In this document: positions 51,281 through 61,259 of the stretch, one piece after another
Numbering within the stretch: position 1 is the stretch's first letter
Layout: each line of letters starts with the position of its first letter
Assembly (NCBI GenBank): GCA_018675635.1
Contig: JABGXU010000008.1
Span: forward strand, 195,588 to 259,587
Source of the DNA: Gammaproteobacteria bacterium
GTDB lineage: Bacteria > Pseudomonadota > Gammaproteobacteria > Poriferisulfidales > GCA-002705445
Reading direction: 5' to 3'
DNA length: 64,000 nt
Program-made: the position numbers and the translations under genes
Notes under the pieces: model-generated
What the model was told of the DNA's origin: nothing
Databases searched by the model: none
The model's input: only the letters and a program-made list of their open reading frames with translations

Positions 51281-52024
51281 ATGTTAGATTATAAAGATAA
51301 AATTAGAGAAAAATATAAAAAAATACTTTTTATTCATGGTTGGGGAGTAACAGATAAGATTTGGATAAATTTTGCTAAAAAATTTTTTTATCTCGATACT
51401 TGCCACTTTCTTAATTTATATAGTTATATTGAGGGTTCCAATGGTGATCTCAAAATTGCCGCAAAAAAGGTTCTAAATGATTACGAGGATGTAGATTTAA
51501 TAGTTTCATGGTCTTTAGGTTGTTTTCTTGCAAAGGAAATAGAGAAAATAAGTAAATCTAGCACTAAAGCAATAATTTATATTTCTTATGCACCAACATT
51601 TATGAAAAGCAAAGAATGGGATTTTGGTTTTGAAAAAAATACCATTATAAAATTGAAGAAAGAATTAAAAAACAACAAAGAAAAGGCTTTAAAAAATTTT
51701 TATTTATTAATAATTGGGCAAGTAGTTAACAAAAAAAATGTATATAAGGAAATAATATCTAATATTAATGAAATGAATTATGTAAGCTTGAAAACTTTAA
51801 ACCTTGGGTTAGATATTATACAAAATTCTAATTACAAAGATTTTGCCACAAATAAAAAAATAAAAAATCTATATATATATGGTGATGACGATAATATAAC
51901 ACCTAAAAATAATATAAAATTATTAGAGCCTTTGTCTACTGTAAAGGTTTTACCTTGTTCTTCGCATATTCCTTTTCTAAGTAATAGTGACGAATTTTTT
52001 AAAATTATAAATGAGTTTATGTAA
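51281..52024 (+). CDS. bioH: pimeloyl-ACP methyl ester esterase BioH
   Basis: ILFIHGWGV, SWSLGCFLA and YGDDDNITPKN align with E. coli BioH LHGWGL, GWSLGGLVA and YGYLDGLVPRK. The gene is followed by bioC. Confidence 0.75.
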   Translation: MLDYKDKIREKYKKILFIHGWGVTDKIWINFAKKFFYLDTCHFLNLYSYIEGSNGDLKIAAKKVLNDYEDVDLIVSWSLGCFLAKEIEKISKSSTKAIIYISYAPTFMKSKEWDFGFEKNTIIKLKKELKNNKEKALKNFYLLIIGQVVNKKNVYKEIISNINEMNYVSLKTLNLGLDIIQNSNYKDFATNKKIKNLYIYGDDDNITPKNNIKLLEPLSTVKVLPCSSHIPFLSNSDEFFKIINEFM

Positions 52025-52812
52025 TGAAAAACGAAAAAAAAATTATTTCTTCTAATTATTTGGAATCTGCAATTGTTCAAAAAGAGGTAATAAGTAGATT
52101 AATGCAAAGACTCTCTCTTATTAATATATCTCCTAGAAAGATTATAGATTTAGGAGCAGGAGTAGGACTAAGCACTGAATATTTATTAAATCAGTATAGT
52201 AAATCAGAGCTTTATATGTTGGATAATTCTTTAGCAGCCCTAAAAAATAAAATTTTTAGTAAAGGTAATGTGTTTTCAATTTGTGGTGATTTTAAAAGTA
52301 TTCCATTAGAAAGTAATACGTTTGATTTTGTTTTTTCATCTTCTGCATTACATTGGGAATTAGATATAAATTTATCTTTTAAAGAAATATATCGTATTCT
52401 AAAACCCGGAGGACTATTTTTGTTTTCAACATATGGTCCAGATACATTGATAGAACTTAGGTCGTCATGGGCACAAATTGACAACAAGAAGCACGTTAAT
52501 GATTTTTATGATATGCATGATATAGGTGATTTAATGTTAAATTTAAACTTTTTGGATACAGTTGTCGATGCTGAAAAAATAGTAATTCAATACAATAACG
52601 TAATTCAACTCCAGAAAGATCTAAAAAATATTGGTTCGAAAGTTGTGCATGATGATAATAAAAATCAAAAGTTATATGGTAATAATCGCATGTTAGCTAT
52701 GTATCAAGAATATGAAAAATTTAGAGCAAAAAATGGCAATTTACCAGCAACTTACGAAGTAATTTATGGTTCTGCCTGGAAAAAATTTGATGTTATGAAA
52801 TTAGTTGATTAA
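52024..52812 (+). CDS. bioC: malonyl-ACP O-methyltransferase BioC
   Basis: A class I SAM-MTase motif LDLGAGVGLST is present, and the start overlaps the bioH stop. Confidence 0.75.
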   Translation: MKNEKKIISSNYLESAIVQKEVISRLMQRLSLINISPRKIIDLGAGVGLSTEYLLNQYSKSELYMLDNSLAALKNKIFSKGNVFSICGDFKSIPLESNTFDFVFSSSALHWELDINLSFKEIYRILKPGGLFLFSTYGPDTLIELRSSWAQIDNKKHVNDFYDMHDIGDLMLNLNFLDTVVDAEKIVIQYNNVIQLQKDLKNIGSKVVHDDNKNQKLYGNNRMLAMYQEYEKFRAKNGNLPATYEVIYGSAWKKFDVMKLVD

Positions 52813-53540
52813 ATATTAGCAATTTCGTAAAGTTTTTTTTTGTTAAGTATAGATATTAAATTATTTTTAATCGATATAACATCTTGTTCGTAAAATTTTT
52901 TTATAAGCCTACTTATAGTTTCTTTACTTACACCTAAATAATTACCTATATCAGTTTTTGTCATTATAAGTTTATATTGGTCAGGTGCAATCCCTCTATC
53001 TATATATCTTTTAGTTAAACTAATAATAAATCGAGCAAATTTTTGTTGAGAATCACACTTTGCCATCATTAATAGCATGTCATGATCACTAGATATAACA
53101 TTGCTAATAAGATTCAGAAGTTGTTTTTGTAAATCCGGCATTTTTACGCACAAAATATTAAGATCTGTGATTGGTAATTCACAGATAGATGTTGGTTCAA
53201 GAGTAGATGCTGAACAACTATGAATCATATTATCTAGCCCATCTAAACCAAGTAGCTCGCCTGGCAAATGAAAACCAAGAATTTGTTCGTCACCATTTTT
53301 TGCTGTCGTAAAAGTTTTTATTGAACCTGATTTTACCGCAAAGATGCTACCTGAGGATTCACCTTGTTTAAAAATTGCTCTATTTTTTGATTTAATTTTT
53401 TCTGTTTTTACAATTCTATCAAGTTTTTCAAGACCTTCAATATCTAAGCATCTTGGAAGACATAAATTTTTTAAAGAACAATTTTCACAACGAACTTTAA
53501 GATCGCGAAATTTAATTTTTGTAGATGTAACATTATTCAT
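52809..53540 (-). CDS. fnr: FNR/ANR-type oxygen-sensing Crp family transcriptional regulator
   Basis: An N-terminal Cys cluster CENCSLKNLCLPRC, a central cNMP-like domain and a C-terminal HTH ETISRLIK are present. Confidence 0.85.
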   Translation of the reverse strand: MNNVTSTKIKFRDLKVRCENCSLKNLCLPRCLDIEGLEKLDRIVKTEKIKSKNRAIFKQGESSGSIFAVKSGSIKTFTTAKNGDEQILGFHLPGELLGLDGLDNMIHSCSASTLEPTSICELPITDLNILCVKMPDLQKQLLNLISNVISSDHDMLLMMAKCDSQQKFARFIISLTKRYIDRGIAPDQYKLIMTKTDIGNYLGVSKETISRLIKKFYEQDVISIKNNLISILNKKKLYEIANI

Positions 53541-53595
53541 ATCATGAATTATATAATAGTTTTAAAAATATTATATCAAAACTTTTCTTTTTAAA

Positions 53596-53609
53596 TTGAT
53601 TTATATCAA
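53596..53609. promoter_or_regulatory. consensus FNR box TTGAT-TTAT-ATCAA in the fnr/GST divergent intergenic region
   Basis: It is a perfect match to TTGAT-N4-ATCAA. It lies about 56 nt upstream of the fnr start and about 60 nt upstream of the GST-like gene. Confidence 0.6.
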
Positions 53610-53669
53610 TAAAACCAATATGAATTTAAGTTATATTTCAAAAAATATATAAATTGAGGAAATAAGGGA

Positions 53670-54269
53670 ATGTTTTTTAAAAAGAAAAAAGAAAAAGATA
53701 AAATAAAACTATATTGTGCAGCCGAGAATCCAGGCTCTTATTCTGCCATTTTTTTATCTTCATATAGACAAATAGATATAGATGTTGAGTGGGTAGATCC
53801 AGCCGAGGGCTCAGAATATAGCGCTTTAATTGGTACGAATACCTTGCCTTCATTAATAGATGGTAAATTTGCAATATGTCGAATATTCCCTGTTTTAACA
53901 TATTTAAATATTATTGGGTCTAAACCAAAAATAGAACCAAGAAAAGCACGTATCTTGGCAAAAGAGAAATACTATATATCTTTAATAGAAAAAGTTTTAT
54001 GGGTAATTAATATTGATAGTGAAAAAGAAAAACTATTATTTTTATTAGATCAGCAGTTGGAAAAGTACAAATTTATCGCTGGTGATGAATTAACTCTAGC
54101 AGATATATATTTATTTGGATTTACTATGATTTCAAATAATGATTTAGTTAAATATAAAAATATTGGTGTTTGGTTAAAAAAAATGTTTTCACTTGTGCCT
54201 AATCAAAATACAGAGTCAATGATTGATGGTGAATTTTATAAACTTCTTAAAGAAAGGAAAATAGCATGA
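53670..54269 (+). CDS. glutathione S-transferase-like protein with Lys-rich N-terminal extension
   Basis: The thioredoxin-like LPSLIDGKFAICRIFPVLTYL and GST-C FIAGDELTLADIYLF motifs are present. Confidence 0.55.
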   Translation: MFFKKKKEKDKIKLYCAAENPGSYSAIFLSSYRQIDIDVEWVDPAEGSEYSALIGTNTLPSLIDGKFAICRIFPVLTYLNIIGSKPKIEPRKARILAKEKYYISLIEKVLWVINIDSEKEKLLFLLDQQLEKYKFIAGDELTLADIYLFGFTMISNNDLVKYKNIGVWLKKMFSLVPNQNTESMIDGEFYKLLKERKIA

Positions 54270-55009
54270 AAGAATTATTTGATGATATTGCTATATCAGT
54301 TGATGCGTATGGAGCTGATGGAGATATGAAAAAAACGCAATATGTTCTAGATTTGATTGGTTCAGTATCAAATCCGGAAACTTACAAATGTATTTTAGCA
54401 GCTAGCGAGCAGGGAATGGAAATGAACTGTTACGCTTTAGAAAATTTAAATGACTCACAATTTGATGAAATGAAGGGCGAAACATTAGCTCTAAGAGAAT
54501 CAGATTTTATAATTAGTGGATCAGAAGCAATTGTGGCTTTTATAGATGCAAGAGGGCTAGGATATTCATTGGAGCTTAAAAACGCTCAACTTGCTGCGAT
54601 ACAAAATTATTGGGTAGATATTGCAAATGTTGCTTTCTCCGATTCTGTTTGCAAACTTATATATGGCAATGTTGGTAAACGAAAAGACAAACATACTTTA
54701 ACAAAAGATTCATTAGAAAAAATAAATTTATATTTAGATGCTCTGGATAAGCAACTTAAAAATAATAAATATATAGTTTGTAACAAATATACTTTCGCTG
54801 ATCTTCATTGGACTGCCTATATTCATTTTATATTAATTAGTGATTATGAGGATTTGATAGATAATAAAAAGAATATTCAGGATTGGCTCCAAAGAATTAA
54901 ATCAAGAAAAAGTCAATGTGGTCAAGAAATCGTTGCTTATGATAATTTGCCCAACAAAACTGATATAGAAAACAAAAAATTATCTTCTGTAAGAATAGGT
55001 GATTTTTAG
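54266..55009 (+). CDS. second glutathione S-transferase-like protein (tandem paralogue)
   Basis: LALRESDFIISGSEAIVAFI and YIVCNKYTFADLHW are present. The start has an ATGA overlap with the preceding gene. Confidence 0.45.
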   Translation: MKELFDDIAISVDAYGADGDMKKTQYVLDLIGSVSNPETYKCILAASEQGMEMNCYALENLNDSQFDEMKGETLALRESDFIISGSEAIVAFIDARGLGYSLELKNAQLAAIQNYWVDIANVAFSDSVCKLIYGNVGKRKDKHTLTKDSLEKINLYLDALDKQLKNNKYIVCNKYTFADLHWTAYIHFILISDYEDLIDNKKNIQDWLQRIKSRKSQCGQEIVAYDNLPNKTDIENKKLSSVRIGDF

Positions 55010-55052
55010 AAACAAGCATTAATTATTGCTAATAAAAGAGAGAAATAAATAA

Positions 55053-56240
55053 ATGAAAAAGTTTTTGATTAATATTAGATATTTTTTAACACCATTGTTA
55101 ATATTTTTAACGGCTATAAGTATAATTATTGGAGGAACATATTGTTGGCTTGGATTATCATTATTAGTTTCATCAATTCTTATTGATTGGGTATCAAGCA
55201 AATTAAGTTTTTGTAATGCACAAGCAGCTGGTACTGATGAAAATGGTGAAAACTATGGCATAGAAAGTTTGTTAAAAACTATGATGTGGTTTCAGTATCC
55301 TGTGTTTGTAGTCATACAATTAGCATTAGCATATAGAGTTTATAGCTATATAAATCATATTGATTTTGAGGTTATAAGTCTTTATGGGTTACCAATACAA
55401 ATGGGTACAACTGGAGCAGAATTAGTAGGTGCAGCTATTTCTTCTGGTATTATTCTTGGTCTTGGAATTATGTTTGGCCATGAGCTTGCTCATACAAAAG
55501 GCCCTACATTCATATTATCAAGATGGATGATGGCGCTAACTGGAATAGCGCATTTTTGTTATGCGCATGTTTATAACCACCATCTAGAACTTGGGTGTGA
55601 AGATGATCCTGCGACTGCACCTAGGGGAAGAACTATTTATTCTCATTGGTTACTTTCTCATTTTGGACAGTCAAGATTCCTTTACGTAATGGAGCAACAT
55701 CGTCTCCAGAGATTAGGAAAACCATTTTTGTCTTTTAGCAATAGATGGCTAAGAGGATATGCAATGAGTTTGCCTACTATATTTTTATTTTGGTTTATTG
55801 GAGGGTGGGTAGGATTACTTATAATGTTGATAACATGGATTATTTCTTCATTTGAATTAGAGGTTTTAAATTATTTAGAGCACTATGGATTAATTAGAGA
55901 GACAGGTTCTCCAATTGACTATAGGCATTCTTGGGATGTTCACAGCTCTCCTTGGACTCAATGGGGTTTTATAGAAATTGGTTTACAGGCCGATCATCAT
56001 GATAGAGGTGAAACTCACTTCTGGGAATTAAATAAATGTGATGCACCTGATACTGGTCTAGGTTATTACGCCATGTTATCAATGATAATAGTGCCGCCAG
56101 TTTGGGAATCTTTTATAAAACCACATCTAGCAAAATGGGACGAAGAAAGAGCTTCTGAGGGCGAGAAAATTATTGCAGGAAAGATGAATTACAAAGCAGG
56201 TTGGACAGACATGCCGTTATGCGAAGGGAGTGAAAAATGA
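55053..56240 (+). CDS. integral-membrane di-iron hydroxylase/desaturase of the AlkB (alkane 1-monooxygenase)/fatty-acid desaturase family
   Basis: The histidine boxes HELAH, HVYNHH and LQADHHDRG are present, with several TM helices. Confidence 0.7.
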   Translation: MKKFLINIRYFLTPLLIFLTAISIIIGGTYCWLGLSLLVSSILIDWVSSKLSFCNAQAAGTDENGENYGIESLLKTMMWFQYPVFVVIQLALAYRVYSYINHIDFEVISLYGLPIQMGTTGAELVGAAISSGIILGLGIMFGHELAHTKGPTFILSRWMMALTGIAHFCYAHVYNHHLELGCEDDPATAPRGRTIYSHWLLSHFGQSRFLYVMEQHRLQRLGKPFLSFSNRWLRGYAMSLPTIFLFWFIGGWVGLLIMLITWIISSFELEVLNYLEHYGLIRETGSPIDYRHSWDVHSSPWTQWGFIEIGLQADHHDRGETHFWELNKCDAPDTGLGYYAMLSMIIVPPVWESFIKPHLAKWDEERASEGEKIIAGKMNYKAGWTDMPLCEGSEK

Positions 56241-56443
56241 GAGTAAAAATTGCTTTATTTGTAATATTAATATTTACATATTCAATATATTATTTGTTAG
56301 AAAGTATAGGAGTGAATGAGCATCATGATGACCTTGTTTGGGCTTTTTTAACTTCGGTTACCTTTTTATTAACACTATTAATTGATGTTTATTTGTTTTT
56401 TGCTATAGCAAAAGAAGATGCATATAAATGGGGTATTGACTGA
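56237..56443 (+). CDS. small 68-aa two-TM membrane protein coupled to the hydroxylase gene
   Basis: It has an ATGA overlap with the upstream stop and is hydrophobic. Confidence 0.35.
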   Translation: MRVKIALFVILIFTYSIYYLLESIGVNEHHDDLVWAFLTSVTFLLTLLIDVYLFFAIAKEDAYKWGID

Positions 56444-56606
56444 GTTTTTTTAAATTAGTTACTATAATATGCCAGATACATTATCCTCGAGTGATTACAT
56501 AGATATAGTAACTTTTAAAATTATTCGATTCATGTAAATTTGATATAATCTTTGTATAATTTTGTTATAGATTAATATTAAGGTTTTTTCTAATATAGTT
56601 AATAAT

Positions 56607-57083
56607 ATGATTGCAAAGAAAATCGATGGTTGTGAAGAATATATAATTAGTGGCAATAACTCATTATCTTTTCGAGACAGCGTTATATTTATATCTTTAA
56701 TAAGCTTTATTTCTTTATCTATTGCAATAGGATTCTCGTATAAAGGTTATTGGGTAATACTCCCATTTGCTGGAGTGGAGATGATTTTATTAGCAGTTAT
56801 GCTATTATATTGCTGCCATAATAATTCAATGTGCGAGAAGATTCAGATTTTTGGGGATAAAGTCAATATATCTTCAAAATATAGGAAAAATAAAGGATTT
56901 TTTGAGGTAAATAAATATTGGTCATCTATAGTTTTGAGTAAACCGAAGCTTAGAGGTCATCCTCATAGGTTGTTTATAAGATATAAAGGAAGGGAAATGG
57001 AAATCGGAGTTATGTTGGAAGACAAAGAAAGATTAAAGCTTGCAGCTATGCTAAACACTTCACTTAAAAAAAGGAATAAATAA
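56607..57083 (+). CDS. small two-TM membrane protein upstream of coxB (DUF2244-like, cytochrome-oxidase-associated)
   Basis: It is the conserved gene immediately 5' of coxB in gammaproteobacterial aa3 clusters. Its stop abuts the coxB start. Confidence 0.45.
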   Translation: MIAKKIDGCEEYIISGNNSLSFRDSVIFISLISFISLSIAIGFSYKGYWVILPFAGVEMILLAVMLLYCCHNNSMCEKIQIFGDKVNISSKYRKNKGFFEVNKYWSSIVLSKPKLRGHPHRLFIRYKGREMEIGVMLEDKERLKLAAMLNTSLKKRNK

Positions 57084-57883
57084 TGCGCTATTTAAACAAA
57101 TTTTTAATTTTTGTGATGATTAATATTTCGGTATTACCTGCTCAAGCTGGCTGGCTGGATCTAAATATGCCTAAGGGCGTTACTGATATTAGTAATGAAG
57201 TTTTTGGTCTACATATGTTAATACTTTGGATTTGCGTTGTTATCGGAGTTATTGTTTTTGGAGCAATGTTTTGGTCTATATTAATGCATCGAAAATCAAA
57301 AGGAGTGACACCAGCAACTTGGCATGAAAGTACAAAATTAGAATTTATATGGACTATTGTTCCTTTTATAATTTTAATTGGAATGGCTGTTCCTGCTACC
57401 AAAACATTAATAAAGATGTACGATCATAGTGATTCTGAAATACATATTAAAATTACTGGTTATCAATGGTTGTGGCAATACGAATATTTAAATACAGGCA
57501 TTTCTTATTATAGTAAATTATCTACTCCATATAGCGAAATTTATAATAAGAAAAGCAAGAACGTTAATTATTTACAACAAGTGGACAATGAACTTGTTGT
57601 TCCAATTAATAAAAAAATAAGATTTTTGTTAACTTCTAATGATGTTTTGCATGCATGGTGGGTTCCAGACTTAGCATTAAAGAGGGATGCAATGCCAGGG
57701 TACATAAATGAGATGTCTACAATAATAAATAAACCAGGAATCTATAGAGGTAGTTGTGCTGAATTATGCGGAAGACATCATGGTTTTATGCCAATAGTTA
57801 TTAAAGCTGTTACAGAGGATGAATATGAAAAATGGTTAACTGCTAGAAAGGTTAAGACATCTGGGGTTGCCAAAATTAAATAA
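57083..57883 (+). CDS. coxB: cytochrome c oxidase subunit II
   Basis: The CuA site HAWWVPDL...CAELCGRHHGFM is present. Confidence 0.95.
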   Translation: MRYLNKFLIFVMINISVLPAQAGWLDLNMPKGVTDISNEVFGLHMLILWICVVIGVIVFGAMFWSILMHRKSKGVTPATWHESTKLEFIWTIVPFIILIGMAVPATKTLIKMYDHSDSEIHIKITGYQWLWQYEYLNTGISYYSKLSTPYSEIYNKKSKNVNYLQQVDNELVVPINKKIRFLLTSNDVLHAWWVPDLALKRDAMPGYINEMSTIINKPGIYRGSCAELCGRHHGFMPIVIKAVTEDEYEKWLTARKVKTSGVAKIK

Positions 57884-57897
57884 AAAGGAGAAATATT

Positions 57898-59469
57898 ATG
57901 AGTTCGGTTGTAAAAGATACGCATCATGATGATCATCCATCAGGTATTATGAGATGGATAAGAACTACAAACCATAAGGATATTGGAACATTATATTTAT
58001 GGTTTGCTATGATAATGTTTTTTATAGGCGGCTTCATGGCATTAATTATCCGTTCAGAACTTTTTCAACCTGGACTTCAATTTGTTGACCCTCAGTTCTT
58101 TAATTCTATGACGACAATGCACGCGCTTGTTATGCTTTTTGGAGTTGTTATGCCTGCATTTACAGGATTAGCTAACTGGTTAATTCCTATGATGGTTGGT
58201 GGCCCAGATATGGCTTTACCTAGAATGAATAATTGGAGCTTCTGGATTTTACCATTTGCATTTTCAATGCTTCTTTCAACATTATGGATGGATGGTGGTG
58301 CACCTGCTGGAGGATGGACTTTATATCCTCCATTAAGCTTACAAACAGGTGATGCGTTTCCATTTTTAATTTTTTCAATTCATTTTATGGGGCTTTCATC
58401 AATCATGGGCGCTATAAATGTTATAGCTACTATTTTAAATATGAGAGCACCAGGCATGACATTAATGAAAATGCCACTTTTTGTTTGGACTTGGTTAATT
58501 ACTGCATTCTTACTTATAGCTGTAATGCCTGTATTAGCTGGTGGAGTAACAATGCTTCTCACAGATAAGTTTTTTGGAACTAGTTTTTTTAATGCGGCTG
58601 GTGGTGGAGATCCTGTTATGTTCCAGCATATTTTTTGGTTTTTTGGCCATCCTGAAGTTTATATTTTAATTCTTCCTTCTTTCGGAGTAGTTTCCAGCAT
58701 TATTCCAACTTTTGCTCGAAAACCTTTGTTTGGATATAGCTCAATGGTCTATGCGACAGCATCTATAGCTTTCTTGTCATTTATTGTCTGGGCTCATCAT
58801 ATGTTCACAGTTGGGATTCCTCTTGCAGGGGAATTATTTTTTATGTTCGCAACCATGTTAATTGCTGTTCCTACAGGAGTTAAAGTATTTAATTGGGTGA
58901 CGACTATGTGGAAAGGAGCGATGACATTTGAAACACCAATGTTATTTGCAATAGCGTTTATAGTGATGTTTACTATCGGGGGATTTTCAGGATTAATGTT
59001 GGCTATAACTCCTGCAGACTTTCAATATCATGACACGTATTTTGTAGTTGCTCATTTTCACTATGTATTAGTTCCAGGATCTATATTTGCAATTATGGCA
59101 GCATGTTATTATTGGCTCCCTAAATGGACTGGGAATATGTACCCTGAAACTTTAGGAAAAATACATTTTTGGCTTTCAACTTTTTTTGTAAATTTAACTT
59201 TTTTCCCAATGCATTTTGTAGGACTTGCAGGAATGCCAAGAAGGATTCCGGACTATTCACTTCAATTTGCAGATTATAATATGATTGCTAGCATTGGTGC
59301 TTTTGGTTTTGGTATTGCACAAATATTATTTTTATATATTGTAATTAAGACAATTAAGGGTGGTAAAAAAGCTACAGACCAAGTTTGGGATGGCGCTGAC
59401 GGTTTGGAGTGGACATTACCTTCTCCACCTCCTTATCACTCTTTTAATACGCCGCCTGTAGTAAAATAA
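57898..59469 (+). CDS. coxA: cytochrome c oxidase subunit I
   Basis: A 523-aa protein with 12 TM segments and conserved heme/CuB His motifs, including WFFGHPEVY. Confidence 0.95.
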   Translation: MSSVVKDTHHDDHPSGIMRWIRTTNHKDIGTLYLWFAMIMFFIGGFMALIIRSELFQPGLQFVDPQFFNSMTTMHALVMLFGVVMPAFTGLANWLIPMMVGGPDMALPRMNNWSFWILPFAFSMLLSTLWMDGGAPAGGWTLYPPLSLQTGDAFPFLIFSIHFMGLSSIMGAINVIATILNMRAPGMTLMKMPLFVWTWLITAFLLIAVMPVLAGGVTMLLTDKFFGTSFFNAAGGGDPVMFQHIFWFFGHPEVYILILPSFGVVSSIIPTFARKPLFGYSSMVYATASIAFLSFIVWAHHMFTVGIPLAGELFFMFATMLIAVPTGVKVFNWVTTMWKGAMTFETPMLFAIAFIVMFTIGGFSGLMLAITPADFQYHDTYFVVAHFHYVLVPGSIFAIMAACYYWLPKWTGNMYPETLGKIHFWLSTFFVNLTFFPMHFVGLAGMPRRIPDYSLQFADYNMIASIGAFGFGIAQILFLYIVIKTIKGGKKATDQVWDGADGLEWTLPSPPPYHSFNTPPVVK

Positions 59470-59600
59470 TGCTAAATATGGGTCAGGAGAATTTTTTGGA
59501 AATAAAAAAGAAAATAAAAATAACAACAATAATTTTAGCTATAGTAGCTTTAACTATATATGTAAGTTTTTATTTCATTGTATCTAATAGGTAAATAAAA

Positions 59601-60143
59601 ATGAAAGACATGAAGATGAACGTAAAAACAGCAAAGAAACTAATTATTGTATGTTTTGGTATGTTTTTATTTTCTTTTGCTTTAGTGCCATTATATAACG
59701 TTATATGTGATGTAACAGGTTTAAACGGAAACACCTCTAATTTAAGAGAAAAAACTGAACAACATTCAGAAAAGATTAGTAATGAAAAATTAAATATACA
59801 GTTTATTTCTAACGAAATAAATAAAGACAAAATAGATTTTAAGCCATCGGAATTTGAAATGACAATTTCTCCTGGCAAAGTATATAGCACTTATTTTTTA
59901 GTTAGGAATAAATCTAGTTCAATTATAGAAGGTCAGGCAATACCAAGCGTTTCTCCTAATGAGGCATCAATATATTTAAATAAGATTAAGTGTTTCTGTT
60001 TTGAAAAACAGATTATCGAACCAGGAGAAGTTGTTAAACTGCCATTATATTTTTCTGTAAGCGAGAAATTACCTGTAAGAATAAAAACATTAACTTTATC
60101 ATATACATTTTTTGATTTAGTTAAAGTTTCTAAAAAAGATTAA
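59601..60143 (+). CDS. ctaG: cytochrome c oxidase assembly protein CtaG/Cox11
   Basis: The Cox11 copper-binding CFCF region IKCFCFEKQ is present. Confidence 0.85.
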   Translation: MKDMKMNVKTAKKLIIVCFGMFLFSFALVPLYNVICDVTGLNGNTSNLREKTEQHSEKISNEKLNIQFISNEINKDKIDFKPSEFEMTISPGKVYSTYFLVRNKSSSIIEGQAIPSVSPNEASIYLNKIKCFCFEKQIIEPGEVVKLPLYFSVSEKLPVRIKTLTLSYTFFDLVKVSKKD

Positions 60144-60167
60144 TTAGAATAAAGGGGATAAATAAAA

Positions 60168-61037
60168 ATGTCAGAGTCAGGAAGTTATTACATACCTCAT
60201 GGAAGTAATTGGCCAATCATAGCATCAATAGGTGTTTGCACTACAATGGTTGGAGGTTCAATTTTATTGAATGGAAGCGATATAGGTAAATATATTTTAT
60301 TTATTGGACTAGCTATTGTTATTTATATGATCGTCGGATGGTTTAGTACAGTAGTATCTGAAAGTGAAAGGGGAATTTACGATTCACAAGTTGATTCATC
60401 TTTTAGATGGGGAATGGTTTGGTTTATTTTCTCAGAAGTAATGTTTTTTGCTGTTTTTTTTGGCGCACTTTTTTATGTTAGATCATATTCTTTGCCTTGG
60501 CTTGGTGGTGAGGGAACAGGCTTAGCAACAAACACTTTTTTATGGCCTAATTATGAAGCTGTTTGGCCTCAGACAGCCAATGGTCCAGGCGAAATTGGTG
60601 GTAAATTTGAACATATGAGTGCATGGGGACTTCCAGCACTTAATACGGCTATATTATTAACTAGTGGTTTAACATTAACATGGGCTCATCATGCTTTAAA
60701 AGAAATGAAAAGAGGTCAATTAATTGCTGGTTTATTCTTAACTGTAGCTCTTGGTTCGGTTTTTATGATTTTTCAGGCGATTGAATATGGGCATGCTTTT
60801 ACTGAGTTAAACTTAAATTTAGGTAGCGGCATATATGGGTCAACTTTTTTTATGTTAACTGGATTTCATGGTTTTCATGTAACTATCGGAACAATTATGT
60901 TGTGTGTAATTTTAGGAAGGTCAATTCGTGGTCATTTTAATCCAAAAAATCATTTTGCATTTGAAGCGGTTGCTTGGTACTGGCATTTTGTTGATGTAGT
61001 TTGGTTAGGGCTTTTTATATTTGTATATTGGATTTAG
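60168..61037 (+). CDS. coxC: cytochrome c oxidase subunit III
   Basis: A 7-TM protein with the conserved GFHGFHV and WYWHFVDVVW motifs. Confidence 0.95.
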   Translation: MSESGSYYIPHGSNWPIIASIGVCTTMVGGSILLNGSDIGKYILFIGLAIVIYMIVGWFSTVVSESERGIYDSQVDSSFRWGMVWFIFSEVMFFAVFFGALFYVRSYSLPWLGGEGTGLATNTFLWPNYEAVWPQTANGPGEIGGKFEHMSAWGLPALNTAILLTSGLTLTWAHHALKEMKRGQLIAGLFLTVALGSVFMIFQAIEYGHAFTELNLNLGSGIYGSTFFMLTGFHGFHVTIGTIMLCVILGRSIRGHFNPKNHFAFEAVAWYWHFVDVVWLGLFIFVYWI

Positions 61038-61244
61038 TTAGTTCTTTATGCCGTGCGGCTGGATATAACCATACTTATACATAATTATTAATATAATAAA
61101 TAATAGGATAGATAACCCTATTCTTATTTTTAGTGCATTTACAACTCTATTTTTGTTACCCTTATCTTTTATTAAGAAAAATAATGAACCAAATAAACTT
61201 ATTATGATTAATAGAAACAAGAATATAAATATAATTTTAAACAT
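61038..61244 (-). CDS. twin-TM small protein (DUF2909/HIG1-like) typical of cox clusters
   Basis: A 68-aa protein with two TM helices, in the conserved position between coxC and surf1 on the opposite strand. Confidence 0.5.
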   Translation of the reverse strand: MFKIIFIFLFLLIIISLFGSLFFLIKDKGNKNRVVNALKIRIGLSILLFIILIIMYKYGYIQPHGIKN

Positions 61245-61259
61245 TAATAATAAATTTTT

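Noticed and set aside
56444-56606. Possible FNR half-site TTGATATAATC upstream of the cox cluster
   Set aside because: Only one half-site matches, and the second half (TCTTT) does not resemble ATCAA. It is likely just an AT-rich -10-like sequence.
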